Positions 39,660 through 54,039 of a stretch of 64,000 bases of DNA are shown here, one piece after another. A model generated the notes under the pieces. It was not told the DNA's origin. It saw nothing but the letters and a program-made list of their open reading frames with translations, and searched no databases. This DNA is from Octopus sinensis (taxonomy: Eukaryota). The stretch is from contig NC_043010.1 in the NCBI RefSeq assembly GCF_006345805.1, forward strand, positions 41,974,001-42,038,000, written 5' to 3'. A program made the translations under genes and the position numbers. Position 1 is the first letter of the stretch, and each line of letters begins with the position of its first letter.

Positions 39660-40092
39660 GTATGAAAACGAGAAAAGAAGGGGGACGAGGAGGAGGACCA
39701 GGAAGAAGAAGAAGAGAGAAGAAGGAAGAAGAAGAAGAAGAAGAAAAGAGAAGAAGACAAGAAGAAGAAAACGAGAAGGAGAAGAAAAAGAAGAGAAAAA
39801 AGAAAAAGAAGAAAAAAGAAGAAGAAAAAAAGAAAAAGAAGAAGAAAAAAAAAAAAGAAGAAGAAGAAGAAAAGAAGAAGAAGAAAAGAAGAAGAAGAAG
39901 AAGAAGAAGAAGAAGAAGAAGAAGAAGAAGAAGAAGCTATTCAATGAAAACGTCTCTATTTTGTCATTCTACGCGCTAGATATAGCAGCCATATTTCCAA
40001 AAATGCATTACGTAGTCCGAGACTGCACCTGGCTGGGATACCTTTTATCGTACGTCTGGTTGATTGGAATTGTCTCGTGTCTAAAGAACAAC
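39660..40092 (-). mobile_element. 157-bp unclassified element with (CTT)n tail, copy 2
   Basis: Reverse-complement match to 35630-35786; the (GAA)n tract spans 39660-39935. Confidence 0.7.
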
Positions 40093-42204
40093 ACGGACGT
40101 ACACCTAGAAAATTTTGCTCGTAAATGCTTTGAATAAAATTTTTTATTGTCAGTTTTTTTTTTATTCGTGTTTTCCAACTTCGATTCCTTCTAATCACAA
40201 GTTACACAAACTTATATCATTCTTTACTGACATTCGGCTTCGGAATTTAAAAAGAATTAATTTTTTATTTTTGGGGTTGCATAAAAGATGATTGATGAGG
40301 AAAAGAAATACATTGTTTAACTTATGCTATCACAGTTACAAGCAAAAATATTATCCTTTCCCTTCCTCTTTCTCCCTCTTCCTCACCCTCTCTCCTCCCT
40401 CTCCCTTTCTATATCTGTCTTTCTCATCTGGTAATTCACATTGTTGTCTTTCATCTACTTCTGTTTATTTCTATCAGGCCATTACATTATCAAATATATG
40501 TACTGTAGTCGTGTAGTCATCCCACCATGTAGCTATGAAGCCATCCAATATCCACTTAAGAGTTTCAGCTGTTAAAATATTTTTCCAGTGGCTTCATTAC
40601 ACGTATTGATATTAAGAAACACAACTGATGACAATCTCGTTTGACTACTTCAGTTGCATCTGCCTCCTTATTAACGTTTACATTCCATATTAACCGTCCT
40701 GTGGGCCTCTATTCTCAACATAATAAATTGTTCGGTCGAACCGTCTACAATTTTGTTTATTATTTACAAATGTTTGCTCACTCAGTCAGATAAACGCACA
40801 ATCGCATGTCATTCAGCCTGCTAGATATCGCAGAAAATCTCCAGATTTTTTTTTTTTTTTACCTAGGGAGACATTGCATAATGTAGATCGGGGCACACAA
40901 TGCTTAGAAACAGAATACCAGATGATCAACCTTGCACTGTCTTTGATAATACGACTGCTGAATCATAAGCTATTTGGAGCTGAACAGCAATTGTCGCCAC
41001 ACACTGACACATAAACCCAATATTACACAGCTGCTTAGACACACATACATATACATTATCAATCACAGACGGACCCATTTCGGCATACTAAGTTACATTT
41101 TATTTATTTATCATTTTTTTATTTATCCATTTTTTTTATTATACATACAAATAAAATCTTTTATTTATTTATTTATTAAGATAGATAATATTTCTCACTG
41201 TTAGTTGCTCTAATTCTCACATGTGCAAGTGAGGTAGAGGAGGCTAATGATTTCTTTAAACTTTTTCATATTTGCTGCAGGCTAGATTTTAATGAATTAA
41301 AAAAAAAATCGAATTTCGACAATCTAATAGAAATGCTTTCTGCTACTATCAATTTTTCCTCTTTGCTAATGAAATATTGCATTAAATATGCGAGAATAAT
41401 TCTGAATACGATTAATATTATATCTCACTCTATATCGATTTTTGTTTTACCTTGTCAGTAAAAAAAACATGTTTTTATTATTAATATTTATAATTTTCTA
41501 AAAATAAAGCAAAATCCCTAAAGAGCACATGATATAAGCAACTGACAATGAGAAAAAATGCGGAAACATTAAATTATAAGATCAAATGCTTAGAAGATAG
41601 TATTGCTGCATATCTGTTAATATTAGTCGATGAATTGAAACCTATCCAACATTGATATAAATTATCTAAAACAATAGCCAACATTGCTCCAATTATGTTT
41701 TAAAGCTGCAATATACAAGAGAAAAACAGTTGGATTACTCCAGTTGTTCCATTCCTATTCAGAATCGATATCAATAATGTCAGCAGCATCGCTGAAATAC
41801 TTAGAAGCTAACAGCACAATAACAAATATATATTTTCAGTGGGCGGTGGATAAGCTACCGGACATACAAATCCAGTTTTCTGGGAACAGAAATGTGAAGC
41901 TGTGAATCATGTGTTCATACCATGAAGGTTAATAGCTTTATTCAGGAACTGAATGCCGAATAAGAGATACTACTTACTACATGGTTTTCGTCAATAATGA
42001 ATCAAAAATCGATTAAGCTATTCAGTGTATAGGTTTTATTTGTTTTACGAACGGTGGAATAAAAGCCTAAATTGAGTTCAATAAAATTTGAACCTTTCCT
42101 ATTGAAATTGATTCCGTATTTTGTATATCATATATGTGCATATATGTATGTATGCGTGTGTGTCTGTGTGTCTGTGCTTGTATATATATATATATATATT
42201 ATAT

Positions 42205-42248
<44 letters not shown>

Positions 42249-42699
42249 TGCAAGTGTGTGTGTGTGCGCGCGTGGTTGTTAAGTCATTTTTCTCTCAGTA
42301 TTGCTGCTAAAAACTATAATTCAATCACCATGACGAACTACACCAAAACATGTACAAAATTATACTGCAATGGTCAAACATTTCTCATTGCATTGTCCAT
42401 AGTTTATTTTTAATTCATTTCAATTGGTTTCGTGTAAGATCCTATGCATCTTTACAAGAATTGATCATTATATTTCCTCCTCTTTACAGGTGTAATTTTA
42501 ATTAATTAAAAGAGCTTGGCTCACTTTTCTGATGAATCCAGAAATCTGATGATTTATATCTATTTTGAGAATCAGTCGAAATCTAAATATCGTAATAAAA
42601 CCACAGTAGAAAACTGTAGAAATAAGGAATTTCCTCAACGGGATTCAGAGAGAAACCGTAACCACATTGAAACATTACACCCACACACACACCACACAC

Positions 42700-42765
<66 letters not shown>

Positions 42766-42769
42766 ATAG

Positions 42770-42990
42770 TTACTACAAACACGGACAAAGAGAAAACACA
42801 ACAACGCGAGGACGCGGAACAAGTATAGTGTTATTGGACACACAGGAAAGGAAAGAAAGAAGGAGGATTTTACGTTTCGAACGGAACTCGTCGTCAGAAT
42901 CATAGAAAAAGGAAAGGTCCAAGGAAGGGGAGACGGAGAAAGAAAATCGCTAACGATACACACGCTGTCACATAGCCTTAGATATACAAG
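42770..42990 (-). mobile_element. Penelope-like terminal repeat with minimal HHR (42866-42901)
   Basis: Minus strand reads GATT-CTGACGA-C-GAG(TTCCG)TTC-GAAA-CG-TA-AAATC. Homologous to 26670-26830. Confidence 0.68.
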
Positions 42991-43349
42991 GATTTGATAA
43001 ACTAGTCTACAAATTAAAACTGACCCCCATAAAAACAAAAACATCAGTGACAGGCAGAGTGTGTAACAATGTATATCTTCTTGATAACTTAGTAACTTCT
43101 ATGCTGAAGGGAAGATAGCTTTTCTTTGTCTATCTCCTTAACTTCTTGAAGATTTTAGGTATAATTATACTATTGTGTCCATCTGTTCTAAATTAATTAA
43201 ATTCTATGTCTTTGTGCAGCTGAGCATTGCTCTGCATTTTAAATTGATGTAATGATTGCATTGTTCAATTAATTGGAGTTGCATGAAACGATCGTACTGC
43301 ATTACTCTGGATATCCTTGTTGCTGATTTTGATTTATATATACATATAC

Positions 43350-43423
<74 letters not shown>

Positions 43424-46400
43424 GCAGGATAATCTGCTGGCAAATCCACTCCTCATTATGATAATAGAAAATCTATCGTGAGGTCAGATAACTTCCAGCC
43501 GCTCTCTTGTTAAACGTAGCAACTTCAGTCCGCATTCAGGACTAACGATCATAGTTGAAGGACACCTGTTGTTTCCATTGCAACCAGCTGAAAAAGGTAA
43601 TTGTCAGTTAAGTTGTATTTATTAGTCTTCTCGTCTTCTACAATTTTAGACATCAATGATGTTATTATCGATAACAACAATGATTTGTCAAACGTATCAG
43701 CCATAATATTGTCCCATACCAGCTTTTTGGTTATTTTTCCAAGTCTCCCACAGTTATTTTCACAAAACCAAGTGTTTTAAGGAAACTGGGGACGCTAATT
43801 TTTAACGGAGCTTGCTGATTATATTGAACTCAGCATGGTGTGGAAATTGTAATATTTAGAAACGACAAGCCAATGTAAAATACCAATGTAAAAATACTGG
43901 TATTTTACATTGACATTTGGTTGACTTACACATTGTGCTTCTAAATCTAAAGAAAATGCGATTCTCAAATCAATGGAAACTGTGTTTCCCAAATCAATCT
44001 CGCACAGGATACTACCCAAAACTGACTTTTGTGTAGGGCAAAGCTTATAATCCCGTTTGAGAAAAATAGGTTGCAAGCAAACAACCACAATATGACAGGT
44101 TTGCATCGAACAGTAACCACTCAAACAAGAATTTGCTGCATGTATCCTTCTTGTGGCGTTGCTCCTGATGAAGGGATGGTGGCAGGATAAGCCGACTTCA
44201 ACTAATCAAGCACTTTCTCCAAGTTACGAAATATTAGAACATCGACTACAGGAAAAAGGGGATAAACCACGGCATAAAATGAATCACGAGTGGAATATAA
44301 GGAGCAAAGAGACAAAACTCTTACGGAACGTAAACGTAACTCACCGAAATCCAGTGAAAGAATGGTCTGTAACCCAGCGATACCAGATAAATCGATAATC
44401 GTTGGAAATGGTGAACACCAGATATTTTAGATTCGCAATTTGCAACAGCCCTGCTGTGATGGAAGGAAAGTCACAACAATTTGGGTAGTGGTAGATAATG
44501 GTCAAATCTGATCATTTACCTCTAACCCTTTGACATTAATTGCTTACCTGATCAACAACTGTAGCGCTTTTATTCGTAATTAAAAACCTTTATGTTACTG
44601 TTGCCATTGGAAACCACAAATACCAGAAGTATATGTGACACTACGAATATTTACGTTCAATTCTCTCTTTTTCTAGCATTCGCCCAAACTTTATAAATAA
44701 ATGTATGTATCTGAAGATATAAGCCTACATGCGAGTATATGTATATCTGTATGTATATGTTTGCTGTGTGTAGTTTCAATGTATATTTGTCATGATACAA
44801 ATAAATCAATATAAATATGTTCCAACAAACAAAGAATTATAATTTGTTTGTTTCGCTTGGATTTATGATTCACGTTTTATTTTTACATTATATTTAGTCT
44901 GCACCATAGTTAAAATCATAGATATAAAACGTGCATCAGACTATTGACTAATAAAGGCGTAATAAGAGAACAAGGAATTTTTACCTTAGAGATTTGTATA
45001 TACATATCAAGTGTAATGCAGACGATATTCTATATCCAGAGATATTATTCTTGGCATACATGTTGATTTCTTACAATATGCCACTAAACGTTCTTGAAGT
45101 GAAGTATCTTACAGTTTCGATACATCTGAAACATATTTTGAGCTAATCCGTATATACCATGACAACATAATGTATTATACGCCCAGTGGTCTTTGATATT
45201 TACAAAGTTTGCCCTTACCGTAAGCTTTTGTCTTATTTAAAGAAAACAATTGTTTGCATGAATTAAAATGTGGGAAGAAGAAATTCAAAGAGACACAGCT
45301 GGAGGAATTTAATTTACAACAGCAGAATATATATGAAAAGAAAATCAGCTTTCAATAGTTGGAGGTATGGAAAAAGGAAATAAATATGGTGCGGGCTTGA
45401 ATGTTTTAATTCATCAACAACTCTGAAGTTACTGGAATCATCTTTGCGGAAATAACAGCTGCTGATTTATAGATCTGAGTATTGAATTCATTAAGTATAA
45501 AGTTTACATTTAGAACTAGAGAAAATATTAATAGCAAAGAAATGACGCCATCAAAATTCTCATATTTATCCTAAAGTCGATAAACGGAACTATTGCCAAG
45601 AAAGAAATGGAAAAGTGATAAAAACTCCGAAATAGTTAAAATATCAACTAAATTTCTAAATGATGTTGCCTCATGTGCTATTAAAAATTTAGCTATCTAA
45701 TTAGTCAATTAATACTAATCTGTTCTCATAGAAATTATATTTGATATGAGTCAACCCAATATATAAAATATGGGACTAAGACTTAGTCATAATATAAAGC
45801 ATACTATCAGAAATATTTGAAAGACACAATCAAAGAGAAGACAAAAAAATGCTAGGTGATGAAGTACGCCCCACTCCAAATAAAATAGGAAGATAATCTT
45901 GATGATAAAAGGTTCTCTTGTTAAAGCAAAAAATGTTTTCCCTGGTGGCAAGAGAACAGCTATGGATATTTGTTTCTGTCAATGTAGATGTCATCAACTC
46001 AGTAGTTATCCTTCCTTGATTCATGCAAACAGGCGTCGTTTTGAATAAATTAGTGCACTTGGTGCGATCTCGCTGTGTGGTTATAGTAGGGGTATCCTCT
46101 ACTGTAGCCTTGGGTTTACTTTTAGCATGTTAGTAGAATTTCATTTATAGAAACCATGTTGATGTTTTGCCATCTGTCTCTCTCCATCTCTCTCTTCCTC
46201 CATCTCTGTGTGTTTGTGTACACACACACACAAACATCCACACACACTTGCATGTATATATGTATATATATATATATATATGTGTATAAGTATAAATATG
46301 TGTGTATGTATGTATGTATGAATGCATGTATGTATGTATGTATGTATGTATGTATGTATGTATGTATGTATGCATGCATGCATGCATGTATGTATGTATG

Positions 46401-46442
46401 TATGTATGTATGTATGTATGTATGTATGTATGTATGTATGTA

Positions 46443-46605
46443 TAGGCGCAGGCATGGCTGTGTCGTAAGAAGCTTGCTTCCCAACCACATGGTTCCAGGC
46501 TCAGTTCCACTTCGTGGGACCTTCTGCAAGTGTCTTCTACTATAGCCTCGGACGACCGAGCTCTTGTGAGTTGATTTGGTAGACGGAAACTGAAAGAAGC
46601 CCGTC

Positions 46606-46610
<5 letters not shown>
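46443..46610 (+). mobile_element. CORE-like SINE 5' half ending in (TA)n
   Basis: Same head and core as 21161 and 21737. Confidence 0.8.
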
Positions 46611-46660
<50 letters not shown>

Positions 46661-46834
46661 TATAGTTGTATTTAAGAATGGTCATTTGCCAGTTTAGCCA
46701 TAAATTGTTTTTTCAGTCACTATTTTTATATAACAGGAGCTAGAGATCTTGTGAGCAGTTGGCAATGGACACACGATTTCACATAAAAAATCTTGCACAA
46801 CAAATATATAAATATATATATATATATATGTGTG

Positions 46835-46871
<37 letters not shown>

Positions 46872-47329
46872 TGTGTGTGTGTGTGAGTGTGTAATGTATA
46901 TACATGTAATTATGTATATGTATGTAACTTTATAAACTGGTGTTATTTTTCACTTTGTCTCGGACTATACCTCGTATGTTTAAGGGTTCGACAAAGTGAA
47001 AGTACCAATTGAAATAAGTGATTGAGGTATTCTAGTGTGTGTGTGTGTGTGTGTGTGGTGTGTGTGTGTGTGTGTGTGTGTGCGTGTGTGCGTGTGTGTG
47101 TGTGTGCCTGTGTGTGTGTGTTGTGTGTGTGTGTAATATGGACGCACTGTGTTTTAAAGCTCAAAATTACATAGCGTGGTGGTAAGGTGGAGTTCACCGG
47201 CTTTACGGCACCCACTACCAACCGCATGCTAAAACAAGATCTGTCAATATTGATATAGGAAAATTGATTTTAAAAGTCACTGTCTTTACCATTAGCCACC
47301 CAGCTGCACAAAGAAAAAAACATTACGCA

Positions 47330-48250
47330 ACGGAAGCAGTATTGCATTAGAATGGCAATCTATGTATCATACGGAGAGCAGATATGTCACGAGAAGCCAA
47401 TTAACTGCAGTATTTATCCGGGTATAAGATTCTACGTGGACGCTCTGTGTTAAAAATATGCAAAAATACATGAGTAATGGGTTGGGGTCATTCAACAGCA
47501 ACGATGAGGATGCTAGATGTACAATTCTGCTTCGTTTGACGACCAGTTGTAAAATCATTGTTTTTTCAGTCACTCTTTTTATATAAGAGGAGGAGATCTT
47601 GTCATAGTAAGCGGTTGACAATGGACACATGCTACTGACCAAGCCCAACGAGGCAAAAATGCATATTAGCATACTCAACGCTGCTACTGGACGATTTTCG
47701 TCCGTTACTGATATCTTTTTATGTTTTCAAACAGTGCATTCATATAGAATTTATCTGTAAAAAGTAAACCCGAGTGACCATATTCCTAACAGTAAGATAC
47801 TAACAAAATGAGACACGTCTGGTATTGAAGCTATCCTCTTCAAAAAACAGCTTAGATGGCCAGGTCATCTCTTGCGTATGAGTGATATCAGAATTCCGAA
47901 GCAACGTCTCTTTAACCTATTTCTAACATGATGATCAGTAAGAAGGCCGTTCTTGCGCTTCAAAGACGAACTAAAAGACAATCTGGAGTGATGCAACACT
48001 GGGAAAACAAAGCGTCAGTCCTGCTTGTCCTTAGTTCAAAGATTTGAGCAAAGTCGATTCCAACATCAGGACTAACTTCGTGTAAGCATGAAGGCATGCT
48101 AGGAAAATGCTGTTCCTCTAAATGGAAACCTTACCTGTCATTGTGGTTCTGTAGTAAGAAGCAAAGCAAGCCTTGCCGTTCACTCAGAAAACACATAGTA
48201 AATGATCCATCAGCCCTCAAGCAAACTGAGTCCTGATAGGGGCTCGTTCC
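47330..48250 (+). mobile_element. RTE-clade LINE 3' region, decayed
   Basis: GIEAILFKKQLRWPGHLLRMSDIRIPKQ, RPFLRFKDELKDNL, C-terminal LTCHCGSVVRSKASLAVHSRKH. A related piece lies at 46670-46790. Confidence 0.8.
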
Positions 48251-48490
48251 CTGCTGGCAATATATATTTTCAGGGTGCAGTGCTGCACCGATAACCAGCT
48301 GGCGGAAGATCTGCCTGGGGTAAAACAAGTAGTAACATGGAACAGCCTCATTGATGTGGTGGTTAACTTTAGTTATTAATATTATTCTCATCCTTTATTG
48401 AGATTTTACAACTAGTTATTTTGGCTGTTGCAAATCAGTGACCGATGGTCGCTTTGTTTACAGTATATTGCTAACTGGTACAGACTCTGG

Positions 48491-48577
48491 CCATCTCGCT
48501 TGCGACCAGGTGTTCGCGACTGAAGATAAGCAAACTAGGTCGAAACTGAATCGGTCTCGCGTTTCTGTCGTCTGCTG
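48491..48577 (+). ncRNA. Type I hammerhead motif (core 48515-48561) with extended helix I and decayed stem II
   Basis: CGCGA-CTGAAGA-TAAGCAAACTAGGTC-GAAA-CTG(AAT)CGG-TC-TCGCG, GUC site after 48556. Confidence 0.62.
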
Positions 48578-48627
48578 GAGGATGGTAGGGGTAGGCTCCC
48601 TTGTTGACAATATATATATATATATAT

Positions 48628-48860
48628 ACTAGCAGCTAAGCCCGGTTTCACCCGGTCTGTTTGGATGATGTGCCTGTGATCGTTTTCGGTTAGGCTTAAT
48701 CTATAACAGTGTTTCTCAACCTTATCATTTCGGGTTCCCTGTTTCGATTGGAACCTCCAGCTATATGAAAATTCCCTGATTCTCCCCCACACTTGCCAGA
48801 AAACAGCTTCAGGAGTTGTGAAGAACGAATTTGTACGTAGTCTGTTTCTGAGAGCTATTC
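48628..48860 (+). mobile_element. Helentron-like 5' hairpin end followed by a hAT-like terminus
   Basis: ACTAGC..GCCCGGTTTCACCCGG at 48628 and CAGTGTTTCTCAACC at 48707; recognised from recalled terminal motifs only. Confidence 0.35.
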
Positions 48861-49489
48861 TATTGGATCTCTGTCTAATCATTAAAACATTGATTTAATT
48901 ATGAACATAGAAAGAAATTATACATTAATCCCTATTTTTGTAAGCAGTTGTATCCGTCAAAATTTTATTTGCAGAGAGCAGAAATTGAAAGAAATACATG
49001 AAATGGGGGCGCGCGCGCGCGTGCATACGTGCGTGTGTGCTTGCGAGTGTGTATGTGAGAAAGAGGGGGATAAAGAGAGATAGAGTGAGTGAGTGAGTGA
49101 AGGTGTGTGTCGTGATGATTGACGTCTTTTAAGATAAACCCCACAAAGAGGTGAAAGAAGAGAAGTGGCATAACGAACATTTTGGCTGACTGTCATCCTG
49201 TACCCCCTTTGTTGCGAGCGAAATGGTATATGCCTGCTGTGTGAGCAACTGGTTGTTTCAATGGCGGAACAAACAGGGGAATTCTATTAGAAACTTTTTA
49301 ATCGATTTTCTCTGTAAGTATGGGGGCTAGGAAAAAAAAATACTAACCGCATTCCGATGTATGCACCCGTCTCCACATGTGTGCTATTTTTCACGCGAAT
49401 CCTCCCAGCTGTTTGACTGTGAACCTCAAGACAAGAAAGAATACAACGATCGCCCATGTCCAATTTATATTATAGAATATATATATATA

Positions 49490-49800
<311 letters not shown>

Positions 49801-49811
49801 GTATGTATATA

Positions 49812-49873
<62 letters not shown>

Positions 49874-50036
49874 TATATATATACATATACATATGCATAT
49901 ATATATGATCCAGGTGCCCTGCTGCACCGATAACCAGCTGGCAGAAGATCCGCCTGGAGTAAAACTAGCAGTAACGTGGAATAGCGACATTGATGTGGCG
50001 ATTAACTTTCCTTATCTCTCTCTCTCTCTCTCTCTC

Positions 50037-50080
<44 letters not shown>

Positions 50081-50127
50081 ATAATATATATACATATATT
50101 ATATATATATATATATATAATATATAT

Positions 50128-50203
<76 letters not shown>

Positions 50204-50212
50204 ATATATATA

Positions 50213-50335
50213 TGGCTCAGTGGTTAGAGTGTCGCGCTTACGATCGTGAGGATGTGTGTTCGAATCCCGGACCGGGCTGCATGTTGTGATCTTGAGCAAA
50301 CACTTTATTTCACGTTGCTCAGTTCACTCCAGTTC
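50213..50335 (+). mobile_element. tRNA-headed SINE 5' fragment
   Basis: TGGCTCAGTGGTTAGAG A box and GTTCGAATCCC B box, followed by non-tRNA sequence. Confidence 0.7.
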
Positions 50336-50916
50336 ACTCAATATCAAGTAAATTCCTTAAACGGAGTCAAATTTAAATTGAACTTCCTTTCAGAAGTAGT
50401 TTTCTGATTTAAAAGTTCGATTTGTAACTATGTGGTGTCAGATACAATCCCAGTGCATAGAACATTTTATTATAATCTCGAGCCGACCAACACCTCTCCA
50501 GAGCATTTTGCTGAGGAAAGCCATGCGGTGGTTTCAAACGGGATTATTCCAACAAATATGCGTGTGAGCACGTGTGTGTAATTCTTTGTAGTTCATAAAC
50601 TAGCAGTTCGTTAAATAGCATGACCAGTCTAATTAACTCAAACCTTATAAAACACATCAAATGAGAATAAATATTCTTTCTTAATGTCGACGAATCAAAT
50701 ACTGTCTTGACAGGCATCTGTGTGTAAATTTTAAGGTTGAGAAACGGAGTGTAAATTCTATTGAGTTAAGAACAGAATTTTGGAATAGCTGTCCCTCGAA
50801 GTCCCATACCTCATGAGAAATTGAAAAAGGGAATATTTTATTTCATTTCTCAGCATTCCTCTGTTTCATACAAAGGAAATTATGATTCTGAACTTTTATA
50901 TTTTTATGCCCACTTC

Positions 50917-51179
50917 CAGGGCCGGCATAAGGAAGTGCAAGGCCCAATTACAGCAACGTCAGTGGGGCCCGCAAAAAAGGTGAATATTGATGTTTTATGC
51001 TTCGTGTAGTATACCAGTACCAGCCAAAATGTGTTGATAGCTTGAGGCTCCACCATTAGCCACATTAATATATCAAACATTCACCATGGTGTTTTGCGTT
51101 CAAGCGTGTGCGCGGGGCCCTCTCTTGGCGCGGGACCCAATTTGAACAATTCTGTCTAATTGACTTAAAACCGGCCATG
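50917..51179. mobile_element. hAT-type MITE
   Basis: Ends CAGGGCCGG / CCGGCCATG; flanks CCCACTTC and GCCATTTC (6/8) fit a decayed 8-bp TSD. Confidence 0.6.
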
Positions 51180-52032
51180 GCCATTTCCGTAAGATTTTTC
51201 TTTCTCTAATAATCGGGTCCTAATCCTTTAATAATCAAAACACCGTCGTTTCAACGAAAGAACTACTGCATGTCATGCTAGAAATAACATCGAATATACC
51301 TCAAATTATATCCTACCCTGTCACACAGGATAATATAATACAAATTGCACTGACCAAAACACGAAGTAGTTATAATTGAAACTCTCGCCCTCATAGGTCG
51401 GATCTGAGGTCATTAAACTCCTGCAACATTTAAAATTCTCTTTAACTAATAGCAAGTATAGTGCAGTAAGGTAGTAAGAGTTTTTTCCCTTGCATTAGAT
51501 TTCCTGTTGTAATTTGGTAATCCTATTTATTTATCGAGGATTATATACTAATATTTATCATTCTTTCTTTTAAAAGAAATGCCGGCGTAGTGCTCATTTT
51601 AATGAAAATTATTCAGCAGTGAGGCATGGTTGCATGGTTAAGAAGTTCTGTTTGTAGCGTGTGCATTCTGTCGGATTCGATAAAATAAATATCATTCAAA
51701 CACTGGAAGCGATTTAATCGTCTGTCGATCTCGGCAAACATGCAATGGGCTATCTGTAGAGCCTCGCAAAAATAATAAATAAAATGATACACTGGTTGGA
51801 GTACACTGCCCTTACATCAATATCATCTCTCTGTAGTACAGTATATATATTACTGCCAACACAACACATACACATATCCCACCGTTCATGCATACATACA
51901 TACATACATACATACATACATACATACATACATACATACATAGCTAGATACATAGCTAGATACATACATACATAAATTTTCTCTTTCCTTCTTTTTGTTT
52001 CTCTCCAGCCCTCTCTTTTTATCTATCTATCC

Positions 52033-52100
<68 letters not shown>

Positions 52101-52101
52101 G

Positions 52102-52148
<47 letters not shown>

Positions 52149-52188
52149 GTCTGTCTGTCAGTCTGTCTGTCTGTATGTCTGTCTGTCA

Positions 52189-52224
<36 letters not shown>

Positions 52225-52279
52225 GTCTGTCTGTCTGTCTATCTGTCTGTCTGCCTATCTATCTATCTATCTATCTATA

Positions 52280-52310
<31 letters not shown>

Positions 52311-53049
52311 TTATCTGTCTGTCTGTCTTTTGTCTGTCTTTCTGTCTGTTTGTCTGTCTTTCTGTCTATATCTAAAAGAGAACTGTTTAAAACGGTACAG
52401 TTTCAAATATTACTACTACTGAAGGTAAAATACAGCAAACTAAGTTCGACTAATTAGAAGAGCTAATTGACTAAAGATAAAAATATACAGCAGAAAATAA
52501 TAGAGAATCACAGCTGTAGGAAGCTCCTACGTGGTAACTCAGCTTTCTAGAAACAGCTGCTTAATCTTCTTCATATTACATAGAACTGTTATGAAAAGCA
52601 AGGGAAACATTGGCTAACAATAATAGTAGGAGATTGTCTAAGAGAAGCATCATGAGTGGGACCCTTTCATCATATGTCTGTACGGTCACGGGGATTAAAC
52701 AAACAACATTTATTAATATGAATTGAGGTGATATTTAAATTATAAGAGAGAAGCCATTTCTGAAAAATTTTCGAATTGACCATCGGAAATAAGAATAATG
52801 GAAGAGTTGGTTACACAATGGAAAAGACACAAAAAATCTAAAATATACCGTTGCACTGGGACATTATTGTGTTAGAAAGAGAGAAATAGCAAATAGAAAA
52901 ATCCTTTACAGTGTTTCAAGTTTGGAAAAGAATTTCGGGTAAAACACTAAGTATTCCCCCAAAGTAATAGATAATTTAGAGAAAAACTTCATGGTCGAAG
53001 AACCAATGTTAAATTGTAGTAAAGTATAGAGAGATAACCTTTTCAACTC

Positions 53050-53440
53050 TAGGTACAAGGTCTGAAATTTTGGGAAGGGGGCGAGTCGATTAGACCGACC
53101 CTAGTACGTAACTGGTACTTATTTATTCGTCTCCTCAACGATGAAAGGCAAAGTCGACCTCGGTGGAATTTGTACTCAGAACGTAAAGACAGACGAAATA
53201 CCTATTTCTATTTCTTTACTACCCACAAGGGGTTAAACACAGAGGAGACAAACAAGGACAGACAAACGGATTAAGTCGAATATATCGACCCCAGTGCGTA
53301 ACTGGTACTTATTTAATCGACCCCGAAAGGATGAAAGGCAAAGTCGACCTCGGCGGAAGTGGAACTCAGAACGTAGCGGCAGACGAAATACTACTGAGCA
53401 TTTCGCCCGGCGTGCTAACGTTTCTGCCAGCTCCCCGCCA
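53050..53440 (-). mobile_element. Two tandem tRNA-SINEs (one full length)
   Basis: Reverse complement of the 14173 and 25421 family. Confidence 0.88.
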
Positions 53441-54039
53441 TAAAGTATAGAAAGATATTATCGCATGTGGCACATAACATAGAAGTGATTTTCACCGGAT
53501 CTAAGACAATGGAATTAGCTTATTTAATAATACTTATGCAAACATTATGAAAGCAAATATTAGTGAATCCAGAAACAAAAATATACGAGCAAATTACTAG
53601 CAGGCTTCAGGCAGTTCGGTAAATGCTAAGTAATGATAACCAACCAGATATTGTACGGAGGAATAAATTATGATTCAAATGGGAAGTTGCTGACGTTGAT
53701 GAATTGTACATGCGTTGGTTTAATTACATCAACTTGTGTCATAAGAGCAGAACGGCGTAACAGATTTCTTGTTTCTAGTCATTCATTTATCTTCTAGGAA
53801 AAAGCAAAACAGACATAGGGTCAATGACTCTAGCTGTTTGGAGTTAAACAAATGGTACATTAAAATACTAAACAACTGTAACAGTAGCGCCATAAATCTC
53901 TATAATACCAACTGTCTGAAAAGTTACGGAAAAGCAGTATCGAATATATCGTCATTACGATTTAAAGTTTAACAAGTCCTTCTGATAGAAGTGAGATTTC
54001 AACTAAATCCATTCAGAAACCAATCAGAAGCCCCATTCA

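Noticed and set aside
43870-44040. CAATGTAAAATACCA/TGGTATTTTACATTG hairpin and a MULE-like peptide (ENAILKSMETVFPK)
   Set aside because: The peptide similarity is too short and the hairpin is confounded by a local tandem duplication.
44155-44215. CTGATGAAGGGATG... hammerhead-like start
   Set aside because: GAAA and stem III are missing; at most a heavily decayed remnant. Likewise CTGANGA hits at ~34230, 42530, 50510, 56068 and 61925 lack a consistent GAAA or stem I.
48131-48391. Minus-strand ORF ending at a GACAG/GTAAGG donor-like site
   Set aside because: The site lies within the plus-strand RTE zinc-finger coding remnant and is probably coincidental.
50213-50290. Possible tRNA gene
   Set aside because: A and B boxes are present but there is no complete cloverleaf or terminator, and it runs into SINE body sequence. 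The same holds for the other tRNA-like heads.
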